Shown: one piece after another, positions 14,449-29,587 of the stretch | Layout of the letters: the number at the start of each line of letters is the position of its first letter | Numbering within the stretch: position 1 is the first letter of the stretch | Assembly (NCBI GenBank): GCA_012295275.1 | Contig: CM022673.1 | Location: 24,366,001-24,430,000, forward strand | Reading direction: 5' to 3' | Length of the DNA: 64,000 nucleotides | Origin: Chrysomallon squamiferum | Lineage: Eukaryota; Animalia; Mollusca | Position numbers and translations under genes: made by a program | The notes under the pieces: model-generated | Told to the model about the DNA's origin: nothing | The model's database searches: none | Seen by the model: only the letters and a program-made list of their open reading frames with translations

Positions 14449-15975
14449 CCGACAAACAGACAGACAGACAGAAAGATAGTTATGAGAATGATTCCAATGC
14501 ATCAGTATTTATTATGAAAAAACAAACATTACAATACTATTATGTAAAACAGAAGAATATTTTTCAAACACTGAGCGATATCTTTTATTATTTTTTATTT
14601 TCGGGGCTCGTGAAGTTTGTTCTATAAGAAATTTCAAAATTTCAAAATATTTAGTTCAATAAATGAAGTCAATAATCGATACGGCAGACCTAACATGTTT
14701 GAATCTGCAGACCGTGAAATTGTTTTTTCGATATACTTGATATCTGATACATTCAAATACGTCATTCACCCCACCCCCACCCCGATGCCCACCCTGTTCT
14801 CATTTCATCACATGCGGGTAGATTGGCTACGTCATTGTGTACACCGACAACGTTTAATTCTGAATGTCGTATTATGACGATGCAGTTTTCTTTCCAATGT
14901 AACAAAAAATATTTCAGTGTTTTATGTCAGAGTTAAATTACATTTTACTAATAAAATACGTGTAAATAGTATATGTGACTTAAAAAAACACAATTGCGTA
15001 CACCCACGAACATATAAACATAGAAACATTCGTCTATTCACATATAAATACATAAATACACATACATACACACATATATACATACATATATATATATATA
15101 TATATATCTATATACACACACACACATACAGCTGTTTGTTTAAAACAGTCTTGTTATTATTATTGTTGTTGTTGTTGTTATGTAAATTTAAATAAAAATA
15201 AATAAATAAAGGTTCAAATTTCATATATATAATGTGTGTGTGTGTTTGTATGTGTGTGTTTGTGTGCGTGTGTGAGTGTATGTGTGTGTGTAAACAGACG
15301 AAAAAAGATGTATTCTTTTTAATGTCAGAAATTTCACAGGATCTTTCAGCAACTTCTGTGAAATTCATACTTCAATGGACAGTGAGACAGATTTAACTTG
15401 TTGTATCACAGAATGACTCGGCGTTTTTCTCTTCATATCCGTGCACTACACTCACACGGCAGAATGTTTGTCATATTTCTGTGTTTACCTAAGTAACATA
15501 AATAATACATGACTGGCCTGTGAAAATATAATTACAAGGAATATATTACACTATTGTAGTTTTGTAAACTGGAACGTGAAAATAGTCACGCATGCCTTTA
15601 AACGTACATTAGACGTAAACAAATTTATGTATATTTATGTGTGTGTACGTGTGTGTTTGTGTGTGATTATGAACGAATCGATGAAGTGGTTTTTTTATTT
15701 ATTTTATTTTTTTTAAAATTATTATTATTATAATTATTTGTTTTTATTTTTTGTTTTATTATTATCTTCAGGAATATTCTGTCAAGGACACAAGTAGGTA
15801 CATGGTTTTTTTTGTTTTGTATTTTTTTTTCTTTTTTTTTTTCTTCTGATTTATGGTGTATCGATAAATCGATAAGCAATATCAGTCTTTTCAGCGTATC
15901 GATGTACCGTCAGGATCGTACTGGTTCATGTTTCAAAAACCTTCTATTGATTAACTTTATAAATTAAAACGGTTT

Positions 15976-17058
15976 AACGTCTTTCGGTCTTTGTCAACGT
16001 CTTTCTGTCTTTGCCAACGTCTTTCTGTCTTTGCCAACGTCTTTCTGTCTTTGTCAACGGCTTTCTGTCTTTGTCAACGTCTTTCTGTCTTTAATCAACG
16101 TCTTTCTGTCTTTGTCAACGGCTTTCTGTCTTTGTCAACGTCTTTCTCCCTTTGTCAACGTCTTTCTGTGTTTAATCAACGTCTTTCTGTCTTTGTCAAC
16201 GTCTTTCTATCTTTGTCAACGTCTTTCTCCCTTTGTCAACGTCTTTCTGTCTTTAATCAACGTCTTTCTGTCTTTGTCAACGTCTTTCTGTCTTTGTCAA
16301 CGTCTTTAAGTCTTTGTCAACGTCTTTCTGTCTTTGTCAACGTCTTTCTGTCTTTAATCAACGTCTTTCTGTCTTTGTCAACGTCTTTCTGTCTTTAATC
16401 AACGTCTTTCTGTCTTTGTCAACGTCTTTCTGTCTTTGTCAACGTCTTTCTGTCTTTGTCAACGTCTTTAAGTCTTTATCAACGTCTTTCTGTCTTTGTC
16501 AGTGTCTTTCTGTCTTTAATCAACGTCTTTTGTCTTCTGTCTTTCTTTGTCAACGTCTTTCTGTCTTTAATCAACGTCTTTCTGTCTTTGTCAACGTCTT
16601 TCTCCTTTAATCAACGTCTTTCTGTCTTTAATCAACGTCTTTCTGTCTTTGTCAACGTCTTTCTGTCTTTAATCAACGTCTTTCTGTCTTTGTCAACGTC
16701 TTTCTGTCTTTAATCAACGTCTTTCTGTCTTTAATCAACGTCTTTCTGTCTTTGTCAACGTCTTTCTGTCTTTAATCAACGTCTTTCTGTCTTTGTCAAC
16801 GTCTTTCTTTCTTTGTCAACGTCTTTCTCCCTTTGTCAACGTCTTTCTGTCTTTAATCAACGTCTTTCTGTCTTTGTCAACGTCTTTCTTTCTTTGTCAA
16901 CGTCTTTCTGTCTTTAATCAACGTCTTTCTATCTTTGTCAACGTCTTTCTATCTTTGTCAACGTCTTTCTCCCTTTGTCAACGTCTTTCTATCTTTAATC
17001 AACGTCTTTCTTTCTTTATCAACATCTTTTTATCTTTGTCAACGTCTTTCTGTCTTTG
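15976..17058. repeat. Minisatellite, 20/21-bp unit TCAACGTCTTTCTGTCTTT(G|AA), about 53 copies
   Basis: Directly visible head-to-tail array with two interleaved length variants and no unique spacers. Confidence 0.97.
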
Positions 17059-18486
17059 TGTAAAACACTGTTATGGATTTATTTCACAATTTCTAAATTT
17101 TGTTATATATAGAAACCATTGCATTGTGTGTGTGCGTGCGTGTGTGTGTGTGTGTGTGAACTTTCTAAGAATTCAAAGAACAAAAACAATGACGTCAGCA
17201 CTAACAACTGATCGTGTTTCACATTTCTATAATCATAAACTAAAGGACAGTTTCAGAGAGACATAGACACACACACATACTAACCCAATAAATACGTAGA
17301 AAATATACACTAACAGATTTTAAAACTTAAACGTATATTCTTTCCTTCTGCTTTCTGTTCAAGTACACGTATATATATTTTTTTATGAAGGTTAAACGAA
17401 TGGAAACAAGTCTAGCACTTTGTATTTATAGTCAGTCGGATTTAAGTGAGGAGCTGTTCAGCCAGTTATCTCTCCTGATTAAGTTTGTACTGACTAACAC
17501 GTGACAGAGGTCATGTGATAGAGGTCACTGTGTTCAAACTGAAGTCTTCGTTCTGATCGAGCAGTTTTCAAACTCTGCTTTCATGCATGGTTTTGTTTTG
17601 ACATGTTTGTTTTACCACTGCGCTAATTCTTTCTTTTCTGTTGGTGTGTTAGAATAACGTTAACAGTTACAGACGATTTATATTTATAGGAATATTAATC
17701 ACATTCCAGAACATTGTTATGTGACGTCTGCTACACTGGGCGTCAAAGAAAACGGCAGAGGGAGCATCAAAATGAAATGTTTTCTAAAGATTTCTTTTGA
17801 TATTCGTGTACAGCTTAAGGGGTTTCCTCTTTCTAATGTTTATTGCTCTGTCACTGCCATAGATTTCTCCTGACAGCCAGAGTTCTGTACGTCAGTCTTT
17901 TACACATATTTAAAAAAAAAAAAAAAAAAAAAAAGAACTTACTGAAAAGATATAAAATAATTAAAAGTACAAGTGACTCCGTTTAAAGGAACTTTGGCTG
18001 CGTTCAGGCGTTCTATTTCTGTAACATTCTGTTTTCATTTTCCAAAAGATGCTTTTTAAACGTAATGAATATGTTAATTAGAGTCGTACCCAGATGCTGA
18101 GCAGATAATCCGGCGTGTGGCGGACATGTGATCGCTCTCTGACGTCATCACGGCGAGGGTCAGCGTTGATTAGTTAGTCTAACGTGACGCCTACAGTAAA
18201 ACAATAAATCCAGAGCTATCGGAATAGCTGATAATCAGCACGACTGCGAATTAGGTCACATTTGCTAACCCATGAGAACAAGTCGTCGTGTGAGAGGTAC
18301 CCACCGCGGATTGTTTTGGACACTGGGTCAATTGTCTCCCAGAAACGTTTACAAGGAATGAAATCTGTTAAGATCAAACGCTAAGTTAACAAGAAAATCT
18401 AATACAACTTGACATATAACCCTGTTTTTTTTTTTTTTTTTTTTTACACTTTAAAGATCTTCCTCTTACCATGTGTATATGCGCCA

Positions 18487-18531
<45 letters not shown>

Positions 18532-19175
18532 TGTGTAGATGTGTGTGTGTGTGTGTCTGTGTTTGTGTGTTTGTGTGTGTAGGTTTGTGTGTGTAGGTGT
18601 GTTTGTGTTTGTGTGTATGCCTGGGTGTCTATTTTGTCTATGTTTTGGTGTTTGTGTGTGTTACTGTGGGGGGGATGTTTGTGAGGGTTTCTGTGTGTGT
18701 CTGTGTGTGTGTGTCTGTATGTGTCTTTGTGTGTCTGTGTGTGTGTGTTCGAGTTTGCGCTCTTGCATATGTAGTTGCTTCTGGATGTATATGTACAAAT
18801 GTGTTTGTAAAGATAAGTAACTAAAAGACTAATAATTTTGTTAATCAAGATAGTAACGATGCACTAAACATTATATATTTAACTGATACAGTTACTTCCC
18901 CTGATTCATTCCCAGACTTGTTATCATTATTAACTATCTGACACAGGATTCACCTTTAGATCAAAATAAATCGGAAAAGAGAAAACAAATCGAAAATCTT
19001 AAGGTGCGGTAACAGGAGATGATTTCTATTAACAGTCGTTATGCAATGAGTTACGTTCAAGTCAGTCACTTAATGTAATAAATAAATATTTAATTATTAA
19101 AATTGCATCAAAGAAACATTCAGTTAAATGAAAATAAAGATGAAAATAAAGAACAAAAGAAAACCTATTGTTTAA

Positions 19176-19370
19176 GAAAGACTTTTTTGATTTAACGACG
19201 CACTCAACACGAATGTAATATACAGACAGCACATTCCACGGTTATATACATGTTGTTAAGGACCACAATGATCACGAGAGAGAAAACCAGCAACCAGCTT
19301 TCATATTTTCAGTTTAGAATGAAGTGATTTTTTTTTCATATTCATCATCAAACAGATAACAAATCACATT
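19176..19370 (-). mobile_element. Degraded SINE-like interspersed repeat
   Basis: Motifs tttaacgacgcactcaacac, cggttatat, gttaaggaccaca and gagagagaaaacc resemble an abundant gastropod SINE-like repeat I recall (not verified by search). atgatcacgagagagaaaacc matches the reverse complement of about 36159-36179. Confidence 0.5.
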
Positions 19371-19472
19371 GTATGTTTACATAGAGAGGCTTCGGTAACA
19401 GTTTTTTTTTTTTTTTTTTTTTTTTGATGACAATGATGATAAAGGCGGTTGTCATGATCTACGATAAATAAT

Positions 19473-19503
<31 letters not shown>

Positions 19504-20352
19504 TTCGTTATCAGAAATAATACCGTTTGTGAGAACCTTTAGTTTGAGCGCACATCCTGTGCAATGCCACATGTGTAATACGTGCCCCACATTCCGGCTG
19601 TGGATGTTTCCAGTACATTGTATTAGCGCTGATATTTTCCGGGAATGTCAAAACAGAAATAGTATATCCTACCAAAAAAAAACACAACAACAGAGATGAA
19701 AACACTCTGACGTCATCTCGTACGCCATACTCCGAGTCAGAGGGCGCATCTTTGGTATTTGAAAAACTTTGCATGTGCAGGTAGATGACGTTCACCAGCC
19801 TGTTACAGATCTGTAACGTTCTGTTATTTTCTGTTTTTTCTCGGTGGAACGCGATGTGGAAATAGAACCGTAACCTTGTGAAATGGCAAAAAGTATCTGA
19901 GAGTTTAGGAATGACGTAAGATGGGCTGTCGATAAACGACCGCTAAAAAAGTGTATTTACAAATTTACAAATTGTATAACTGTGAACAATATGAAGTATA
20001 ATCATTGTAATAAATAAAAAATAAATAAATACAAAACAAACAAATAAATAAATAATTAAATAAATAAATATGTCTAAAAATCTATAATATATTTTTTTTT
20101 GTACTGGATATGATCGTAGAAATTGTTTACAAAGGAAATATAATTGTATCTATTACACTGTGCGTATCATTAGGGTATTATATAATGTGAATGTCCTGTA
20201 AAGTACATCAATAAATATGTAAATAAATCAATCTTGTAAACAGTATAATCTCGAAATGACATGCTATACCTTGCGTTCGACATCAGATAAACTCTTAAAA
20301 ACTAATTAGCATCGACGATACGTAAACAAGATTCGTTGACATAATGATAGAT

Positions 20353-20445
20353 GTGGATAGCAACAGCCAATCAGCGATGATGCACAGGGACAAAAACAGC
20401 CAATCAGCGATGCACGTGGACAGCAACAGCCAATCAGCGATGCAC
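20353..20445. repeat. Three tandem ~30-bp units each containing a CCAAT box (aacagCCAATcagcgatg)
   Basis: Directly visible. The core matches the NF-Y consensus RRCCAATCAG. Confidence 0.85.
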
Positions 20446-20956
20446 AGATTTACCTTCGACAAGGCATTGGAGATAAAGATGGCTCTTCGATGTGTTGACA
20501 CTAATTAGAAAATCTGTTGAATATTTTGGGGAGAAACAAGCGTCAATTTCGGTATGACGATTTATTTATATATAATATAAGCTGCTTATTGTCTTCAGAT
20601 ATCAGCATTATCCTGCATAAAAATAAATATGCACGTTTGTGCAGACACGTACACACTTTGTATGGATGGATGTTTACTTCAGATTTTGTTTAGTTTGTTT
20701 ATAAACGAATATCTACGAGTGTTTATTGTATGTATGTAGTATGTATATATATGTATGTATGTACGTATGTACGTATTTATGTATGTATGTACGTATGTAC
20801 GTATGTACGTATTTATGTATGTATGTACGTATGTACGTATGTATGTATGTATGTATGTATTTGTATGTCTGCATGTATCTATGTATACATGTATGTTTGT
20901 ACGTATAAATACATAAAGACAGAGATTTGAACGAGAGACACACAGACAGATAGATC

Positions 20957-21013
<57 letters not shown>

Positions 21014-21371
21014 AATACAAATACTTAAATAAATAAAAACATCATACACTATTTTTATCGTATGGATTTTTTTTACCTCTGCATCTGATGCAACACGAAA
21101 CAAATTTTAACAATTACTGAATAGTCTGTTGTGTATGTATATGTGTCTACACCTACGTGTTCAGCACGTGATTGTGATTATGTGTTTTGACCTGGCGGTC
21201 TGTATTCAGTCGTATACTCCTATAAAAATGTTTTTACTCCCAGACATGTTGTGTGTATTTTGTCTCGTAAAGTTGGAGTTTGTTGCTTTGTGGAAGTACG
21301 TGTACAATGGAATGTTTTTAATAATTATGTCTTAAAATACAAATCTGTTAGAATGCGATGTACGTATAGTT

Positions 21372-21403
<32 letters not shown>

Positions 21404-21920
21404 TGTATGTATGTATGTATGTATGTATGTATGTATGTATGTGTGTGTATGTATGTATGTGTGTGTGTGTATGTATGTGTGTGAGTATGTATGTATGTAT
21501 ATATAATTCATTAATACAGTTGGATGCACAAAATCCCCCAAAACAACAACCATCATCAACATCGACAAAAACAGTCCAAACCAACCGTAGTAGTAGTAGT
21601 AGTAGTAGTAGTAGTATAATAATGATGATGATGATGATAAAAGCCACTAGAACGACCACAGTACAAACACTGCGAAGAACTTCGCTGAAAAAGAACTAAT
21701 ATTTATTTGCATGTTAAATGTGGAGCATGCTGGTGACATTTTGTTAAGCAGTATACACACACACACGTGTTGATTTCCCCAGTTCTCCTGTCTCAAGTCA
21801 GTGAAGTATATTGACGTGAATCACGTTTCTGCTTTACGCATTGTCTGGAACGTGTGACGCAGATGTCAGTCGTATTGTTCGATAAAATCGTACTGGGCGT
21901 GAGATATCATAAATAAATAT

Positions 21921-22510
21921 ACTGTGTATATCTGTTATAACACATACTTCACTGTGTATATCTGTTATAACACATACTTCACTGTGAATATCTGTTATAA
22001 CACATACTTCACTGTGTATATCTATTATAACACATACTTCACTGTGTATATCTGTTATAACACATACTTCACTGTGTATATCTGTTATAACACATACTTC
22101 ACTGTATATCTGTTTAATATCTGTATATCTGTCATAACACATACTTCACTGTGTATATCTGTTATAACACATACGTCACTGTGTATTTCTGTTATAACAC
22201 ATACTTCACTGTGTATATCTGTTATAACACATACTTCACTGTCAATATGTTATAACATACTTCACTGTGTATTTCTGTTATAACACATACTTCACTGTGT
22301 ATTTCTGTTATAACACATACGTCACTGTGTATTTCTGTTATAACACATACTTCACTGTGTATATCTGTTATAACACATACCTCACTGTGTATATCTGTTA
22401 TAACACATACCTCACTGTGTATATCTGTTATAACACATACTTCACTGTGTATTTCTGTTATAACACATACTTCACTGTATATATCTGTTATAACACATAC
22501 TTCACTGTGT
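21921..22510. repeat. Minisatellite, 30-bp unit ACTGTGTATATCTGTTATAACACATACTTC, about 19-20 copies
   Basis: Directly visible tandem array. It explains the ORFs at 21834-22512. Confidence 0.97.
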
Positions 22511-24426
22511 AGTTCTTCAATACGTATCTTTTAACTTAGCTATATTACTGAGTGTACAGAATAAGGTTTTGTATATACATAGCTGTATATTTGTATAAAA
22601 GAATGCTATTCGTATACATTTGTTGCACGTTACAGTAAACACGATACTGTATGTTGTGACTAATATTGTGTTTTATGTTATGGTATACATGTATGTATTT
22701 GCTATAAAATATATAATGCTGTTATAACCTTAGTCTGCATATAGGTTTAAGCATACACAGTAGAACATAATTAACATAATGAAACATAATGGAGTATCTA
22801 AAAAATCAGAGAAAATGACTGTGATAATTTGAAATATGAACTGCTTAATTTTAACCGTTTAAACCAAGAAACGACATTAAAATAATAACAATAAAGTGAT
22901 TGCAACACAACATACCACCGAGGTGCAGTTTTTAATCTTTCAAACATATATCCGCATAATTACATATAGTTTATTATTATCATTGCTGTTTGTTGTTGTT
23001 GTTTAATCGTTTAAAGGAATACGAACAGCAAACGTCAATTTTTTTCGACACGTAAACAATACATCCTAACTGTAAAAAATACACACACACAAAAGAAGAA
23101 AAAAAAAAAAAAAAAAAAAAAAGAAGAAGCAAATGTCAAATGTATTTTTATATATCCACTGAAATGTCTTTCTGTTTATTTCTTGACTAAATCTGTGATA
23201 ATTCCCAGTCAAACTGGTCGAGCCTGGTTGTCTGGCAGTTCCCTGCTGACGACAGTCGCCTCCAACACCTGGTGTCTGCTGCAACACGTGGCGCGCGCCT
23301 CTGCACAGACTCAGTGAATGCAGCCTCGTTAAAACACAAAGTTAGTCGACAAAACTGCATGCGGCGATTTTGTTGGCAAAAATCAATAGACGGCAGCACA
23401 CGCACATTTTTTTTTTTTTTTTTTTTTTTAGTTGTGTTGCCAAATTTTAGTTGATGGCATACGTGAATATTTTATTGTTGCTTTTTACGAGAAGAGGAAA
23501 AACTGGTGGTGTTTCACCTGTCTGAGACAACTAGATATTCAGTCGAAACAACCTAGCCTTGATTTATTTTATTTATATTTATATATATATATAAAACACA
23601 CACACAGTGAATTCTGTCAAAACCGGATTCACTTGGGACCAACGAGATAAGCCTTTAAGACAGAGTTCCGGTTTATAAAGATTAAAGTAATATAAAACTG
23701 GAATATACTCTATTACAAAATGTTAAACTTCTATCGAGTGTCAGCGGAGAAACACTCAGTCACTGATGACTCGCATGTTTGTTATTTTTCACTGGTTTTT
23801 TTGGGTGTTTTTTTTGTGGGGTTTTGGTTTTTTTCCTATTTCGCTCCAAAGCAAACACTATGTCATTGCCTCCATGTTTAACATCGACTGCAAAAGTCTG
23901 CTTTCCGTAGCAGCAACGAAAGATTCAATTTGTTTTATCATTACGAACGTTGGTACGAAAGTTCGGTCACTGTATTTATCGTCAGTCCATTCAGATGTTT
24001 CAATCTGCCGCTCGTTAGTCTCTATATATTAGTGTGCCGAAATATTAGTAATGCCGGTAATGGTCACTACGTTTTAAAATGTCAGACACTGTCTGTCTGT
24101 CTGCGTGTTTTAAACTGTATAGCCAGGGTCCGCGCGACGGGCAGACGTGGGGAGAAATATTCACTCTTTTGTACTAAACTTCGCCTTGCTGTTAACCCGC
24201 GGCAAAGTCTAAGTCGCCTTCTTTTTTTCTTTTCTTTTCTTTTTTTATTTATTTACTATTTTATTGATTTATTGATTTATATCACTTGCAAGTTGAAATT
24301 TTCGATGTATTTTGCCTCCATTTTGTCCAATGATCTCGTGGAAGACATTTTGTGACTGGTCAGCGAACTTCCGTATTTCCGTCAAATACCTCGTTTTACT
24401 GTTGTGATTAGAGTTTGACAATAAAG

Positions 24427-24910
24427 ACAGTTCTTTTAAACTTGTATGGAAATTAAATTAACTGAGAGATCCCGTGATAAATAACATAATTACATGTACA
24501 GTAGAGATTACAATTAACAAACCAACGTATGTAGAGGTCCAATTCTTGATAAAGCACACTGTAAGTATTTGCAAACCAACATAATAATAAAACTTTTGTT
24601 AAATAATTTTATCACTTATGGCTTGAGTCTGTAAACAAACAGGTCGTTAAAGGCTCAGTTTTATTAGAAACAGAACATCGATGTATACATGTAGAAGTTT
24701 AAGTTTTTGTTTGTGACAATAGCTGGCTTTAGAAAGTTTGATACGTTGCTGGGTTTTTTTTTAGGTTGCTCTGCCATTACGACAAATTCAGTAAAACAAA
24801 GAAAAACACGTATTTTTGCAGACTTCTGCTTTGGACACTCAATCTAAATGAGTTAATTAGCTTATGTCCTAACACACTAATACTAATCTTGTTCATTTAG
24901 CTGCATTCAC

Positions 24911-24913
<3 letters not shown>
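24427..24913 (+). repeat. Dispersed repeat, copy A (longest, about 490 bp)
   Basis: 5' part is repeated at 29266-29587 and 3' part at 32356-32636, same orientation, high identity. Confidence 0.92.
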
Positions 24914-24951
<38 letters not shown>

Positions 24952-25014
24952 CCTACCTACCTACATACATACATACATGTGACAGCAGACATCACAATTT
25001 TCTACATATATATA

Positions 25015-25100
<86 letters not shown>

Positions 25101-25543
25101 AGAAGAAACCTGTACAAAAACCCAGTTACTGGTCTACAGCATACGTATATAAGTATACGTAACAGTAATGTCTGTTACATGTTCCCACACATTTGTTTTG
25201 TTGTAATGATAATATCTACTGCATTGCGAACGATGTCAACATCCTCTGACAGTCAGCGGGAACACAGACCACGTTCACGTGAGAGTATTAGCACGAGCAA
25301 GGTGAGGACATGCGCACTAGGAACCTGCTCAGTGTCATGAAGGTGATGAAACATGTTTGTTGTTGTTAGGTTTTTTTTTTTTTTTTTTTTTTTTTGTTTT
25401 TTTTTACTGTGATTGTTATGAAACAGGCTGTTATCACTGATTGATATTACACTGTTTATTTTCAAAAGAATATATATATATATATATATATGTATATATG
25501 TGTGTATATGTATATATTATATGTATGTGTGTTTGTATATATA

Positions 25544-25575
<32 letters not shown>

Positions 25576-26193
25576 CGTATGTATGTATGTATATATCTCT
25601 CTATATATATATATATATGTATGTATGTATATATATATATATGTGTGTGTGTGTATATATATATATATATAAAAATATATATATTTAATTGAAAAACATT
25701 TAGATACATTAAATTACATACATGAATGCATACATACGTGTACATATATATGTATATATATATATATATGTGCATTTATGTGTGCATGTGTATAATATTA
25801 TTTGTATATATATATATATATATACATATACATATGTTTGTATCGATGGATGTTTGAATTTACGTACGTACGTTTGTATGTATGTTTGTATGTACATTCG
25901 CATGCAGGAAGCAGTAATGGAGCTTTCATAATAGGTGACAGCAGACATCACAATTTTCTACATAGCAGTGTGAGCACTGGTTGTAACGGGAAATAAACCA
26001 GACTGACAGATAAATAAAACTGATCCGGCAGTGATCACTGGCTAGATCTCGCATTAACACAAACATAAAATAAATAAAATAATTAATTTTTAAAACAGTG
26101 AAAAATAGCGTTCACCTGTATGCTCATACAATACACAGTTGTATTATAATGACCGCTATTATCTTGTTGTAAAATAAAAAATAAAAAAAAAAA

Positions 26194-26226
<33 letters not shown>

Positions 26227-27089
26227 GTTGTTGTAGTTTATTGTTCTCGCTGTTTATTGTTGTTGTTGTCGTCATCGTCGTCGTATTTTATTTTTGTTGT
26301 CTATCAGTGTTAACAGACAAAACACGTGAAGATCGACTGAAACACCATGACTCATAAACATCAAAGATTCTAATAAACTGTAATTTAGAAATGTCTAAAT
26401 GCAGCTTGGTGTAATTATTGCTTATGCAGCGTTCTATTTTTATTTCTATTTTTTATTTTTTATTTTTTATTTTTTTTTTTATTTTATATTTTTTAATTTT
26501 TGATGTGACGGAAATTCACTTCTATCAGCGAACGAAAAGTAACGACAAGTATTCCCATAAAGCTTGGCTGCAGCAGGACGCAGACCAGACATGCTTAAAA
26601 CACTGCTGCGTTACGTTCTGATGGAAATAAATACAGATATTTTTAAATGACATTCAAGTCAGAAAAAAAAAAAAAAAGAAAAAAAAAAAGAGGAAATATT
26701 TAGGTCAAAAAAAAAAAAAAAAAATGGGGGTTCGTGTTCCTTTTAACTTTTAAAATCTGCGTATTTATGTTTATGTATAATCGTTTGTATTATTATAAAA
26801 CGACTTTATTTTTTTATAATTTTTTTAATTTTTTATAATGTTTTTTTTTTTCATCCCTTAATAGCAGCATATTTTATTTATTTATTTATCCCTGTCTGTC
26901 TGTCTGTCTTCCTGTCTCCCTGTGCTTGTCTGCCTAACTCACTGTTTATCAAGTGTTTATTTACTCATCAGACAAACGGTGTAAAAAAAATTACTCAGTT
27001 AATTACTTTAAAGTTATTTCTAAATGTTGCTGTCAGATCAAAGACACGCTTATACTGTTCAGATAACTTCATCTTGCTTACTAACTACA

Positions 27090-27205
<116 letters not shown>

Positions 27206-28668
27206 AGCTACTACTTCTATTCCGCTAGAACTAACATTTATGAGTAACTTTAATAATAACCAATACTTCTATTAAAACTACTATCACTACTGTTACTACT
27301 ACTAATAATACTTACCACTACTCTACTACTATTACTACTGCTTACGAGTATTAATGCTGATGTTATTTATATTAACATTTACTACTCCTACTAGTACTAT
27401 AATAACCACTACTACTATTACCACTAATATCACAGTTATTGTTATTGTTACTATTGCCGCGGTTACTAATATTTTGTTACTAATATTTTGTTACTATGAG
27501 AATCACTATTGCTACTTTACTGCTATATTTTTTTTACTAGTATTGTTATCTTCCCATCATCAACATATCTATTTTTTCTGTCTCTGTCATTTCTCTTCCT
27601 GCTACTAAATTTTGAATCGCTGCAAATACTGTATGTTTGTATATACAATATATTGTTTTAATGGAAATAAGTTTGTATGTATATACTTAAAACATTATAA
27701 TTATTTATGTATGTATGTATGTAGACGTGGCAGTGTGTAAAATTAACAAATCATAACTTTAATCGTCTTACATGTTTTCATTCCTAGCTGTTTACAAACA
27801 TGTCATTGAAAGTTTTCCTATTAATACGTGAATCGTTTTCAAACATAGCTGACATTTTTTTTTTTTTTTTTTTTTTTAAGTGCTGTAATTTCGAAATACC
27901 TACGTTCAAAAATCTTCCATAGAAATACTGGCCTACAAAAACACAAAAGACGTCCTTTAAATATGAAACTGAATTAAACTTGTGTCCTTCTGTTGAATAC
28001 AATGTCCCCTGTGTGTGTGTGTGTATTATACCTGTCACGGCACGCTACGTACCTACGTCATAAATCAGAATTATTATAAACACGATATCGCTGTGTTGTG
28101 AATGAAATCACAAATAAAACTGTGTTATCTAAGTACAGTAGACGGATTCGTTTTCATTCATCCTGTTGTAAAACATACCCGAACTGTAACCAAGACTTTC
28201 CGTGTGAATGAAATGTATTTTCACAACCAGTGACCAAGTAGTTTTATTTGAACGTCTTCCGTGTTGGACGAGATACATTATATATATAACACAATGTTTA
28301 TTTACGTGTGTATGTTTGTGTGTTTGTGTGTGTGTGTGTGTGTGTTTGTGTGTGTATGTGTGTGTGTGTGCGCGCGTGTGTTTGTGTGCGCGCCTGTGTT
28401 TGTGTGTGTTTGTGACTGTGTGTGCGCGCGCGTGTTTGTGTGTGTGTGTGTACATCAAATACATCTACGGATATACTCGCAAACGTAAGGACATATATAT
28501 ATACAGAGTATATACAAACACACATTGTACACACTTACACAAGATTACAGACATGTATATACAATATATGTACTTATTTTTTCAGTCAAATGATATATAT
28601 ATAAATAAACTGCTTAAACCTTTTTCCCTTATTTATCTATTTATTTATTTATTTAGTATTATTATGAC

Positions 28669-28733
<65 letters not shown>

Positions 28734-29265
28734 TTAATTTGTGGTTTTATTGTAATTGTAATTGTAGCAATAAATTCGGACATTTTCATTCTTGAAATGA
28801 ATTACAGCTTGTTCCAGACAAGACCCAGCACGTTATAACATCATCGACGTCATAACATCATCAACGTTATAGCATCATCACCATTTTACGTAATAAAATA
28901 GCTGAGATTTGACGTGTTAAGCAGAACCTCTCAACAGTCTTCTCATTAATAACAACACTGATAGCTGACAAAATTAAAAATAGCAAAACATTATTAGAAG
29001 TTACTAAAACATATCTGAAGCGAATATAAAATCTTTATCATCATCATCATCATTATTATTATCACTGTATTTATCGTTATCATCATCAGCAACATTATCA
29101 TCATCAAAATAAAAGTAATAATACCCACGAACAATCATCATCATTATCATCAACATAATCATCATCCAAACCGTTATTATCTAAGGCGATAGTCATACTT
29201 ATTATTACACAGCGGTAATCATTTTAAAACATATAGGTCTATTAAAAATGAAAGATTATGAAACA

Positions 29266-29587
29266 ACAGTTCTTTTAAACTTGTATGCAAATTAAATTAA
29301 TTGAGAATCCCGTGATAAATAACATAATTACATGTACAGTGAAGATTACCACTGACAAACCAACGTATGCAGAGGTCCAATTCTTGAGAAAGCAGACTGT
29401 AAATATTTGTAAACCAACATAAGAATACATCTTTTGTTAAATAATTTTATCACTTATGACTTGAGTCTGTAAACAAATAGGTTGTTAAAGGCTCAGTTTT
29501 ATTAGAATCAGAACATCGATGTATACATGTAGAAGTTTAAGTTTATGTTTGTGACAATAGCTGGCTTCAGAAAGTTTGATACGTTGC
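29266..29587 (+). repeat. Dispersed repeat, copy B (3'-truncated)
   Basis: acagttcttttaaacttgtatg ... agaaagtttgatacgttgc matches about 24427-24749. Confidence 0.92.
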
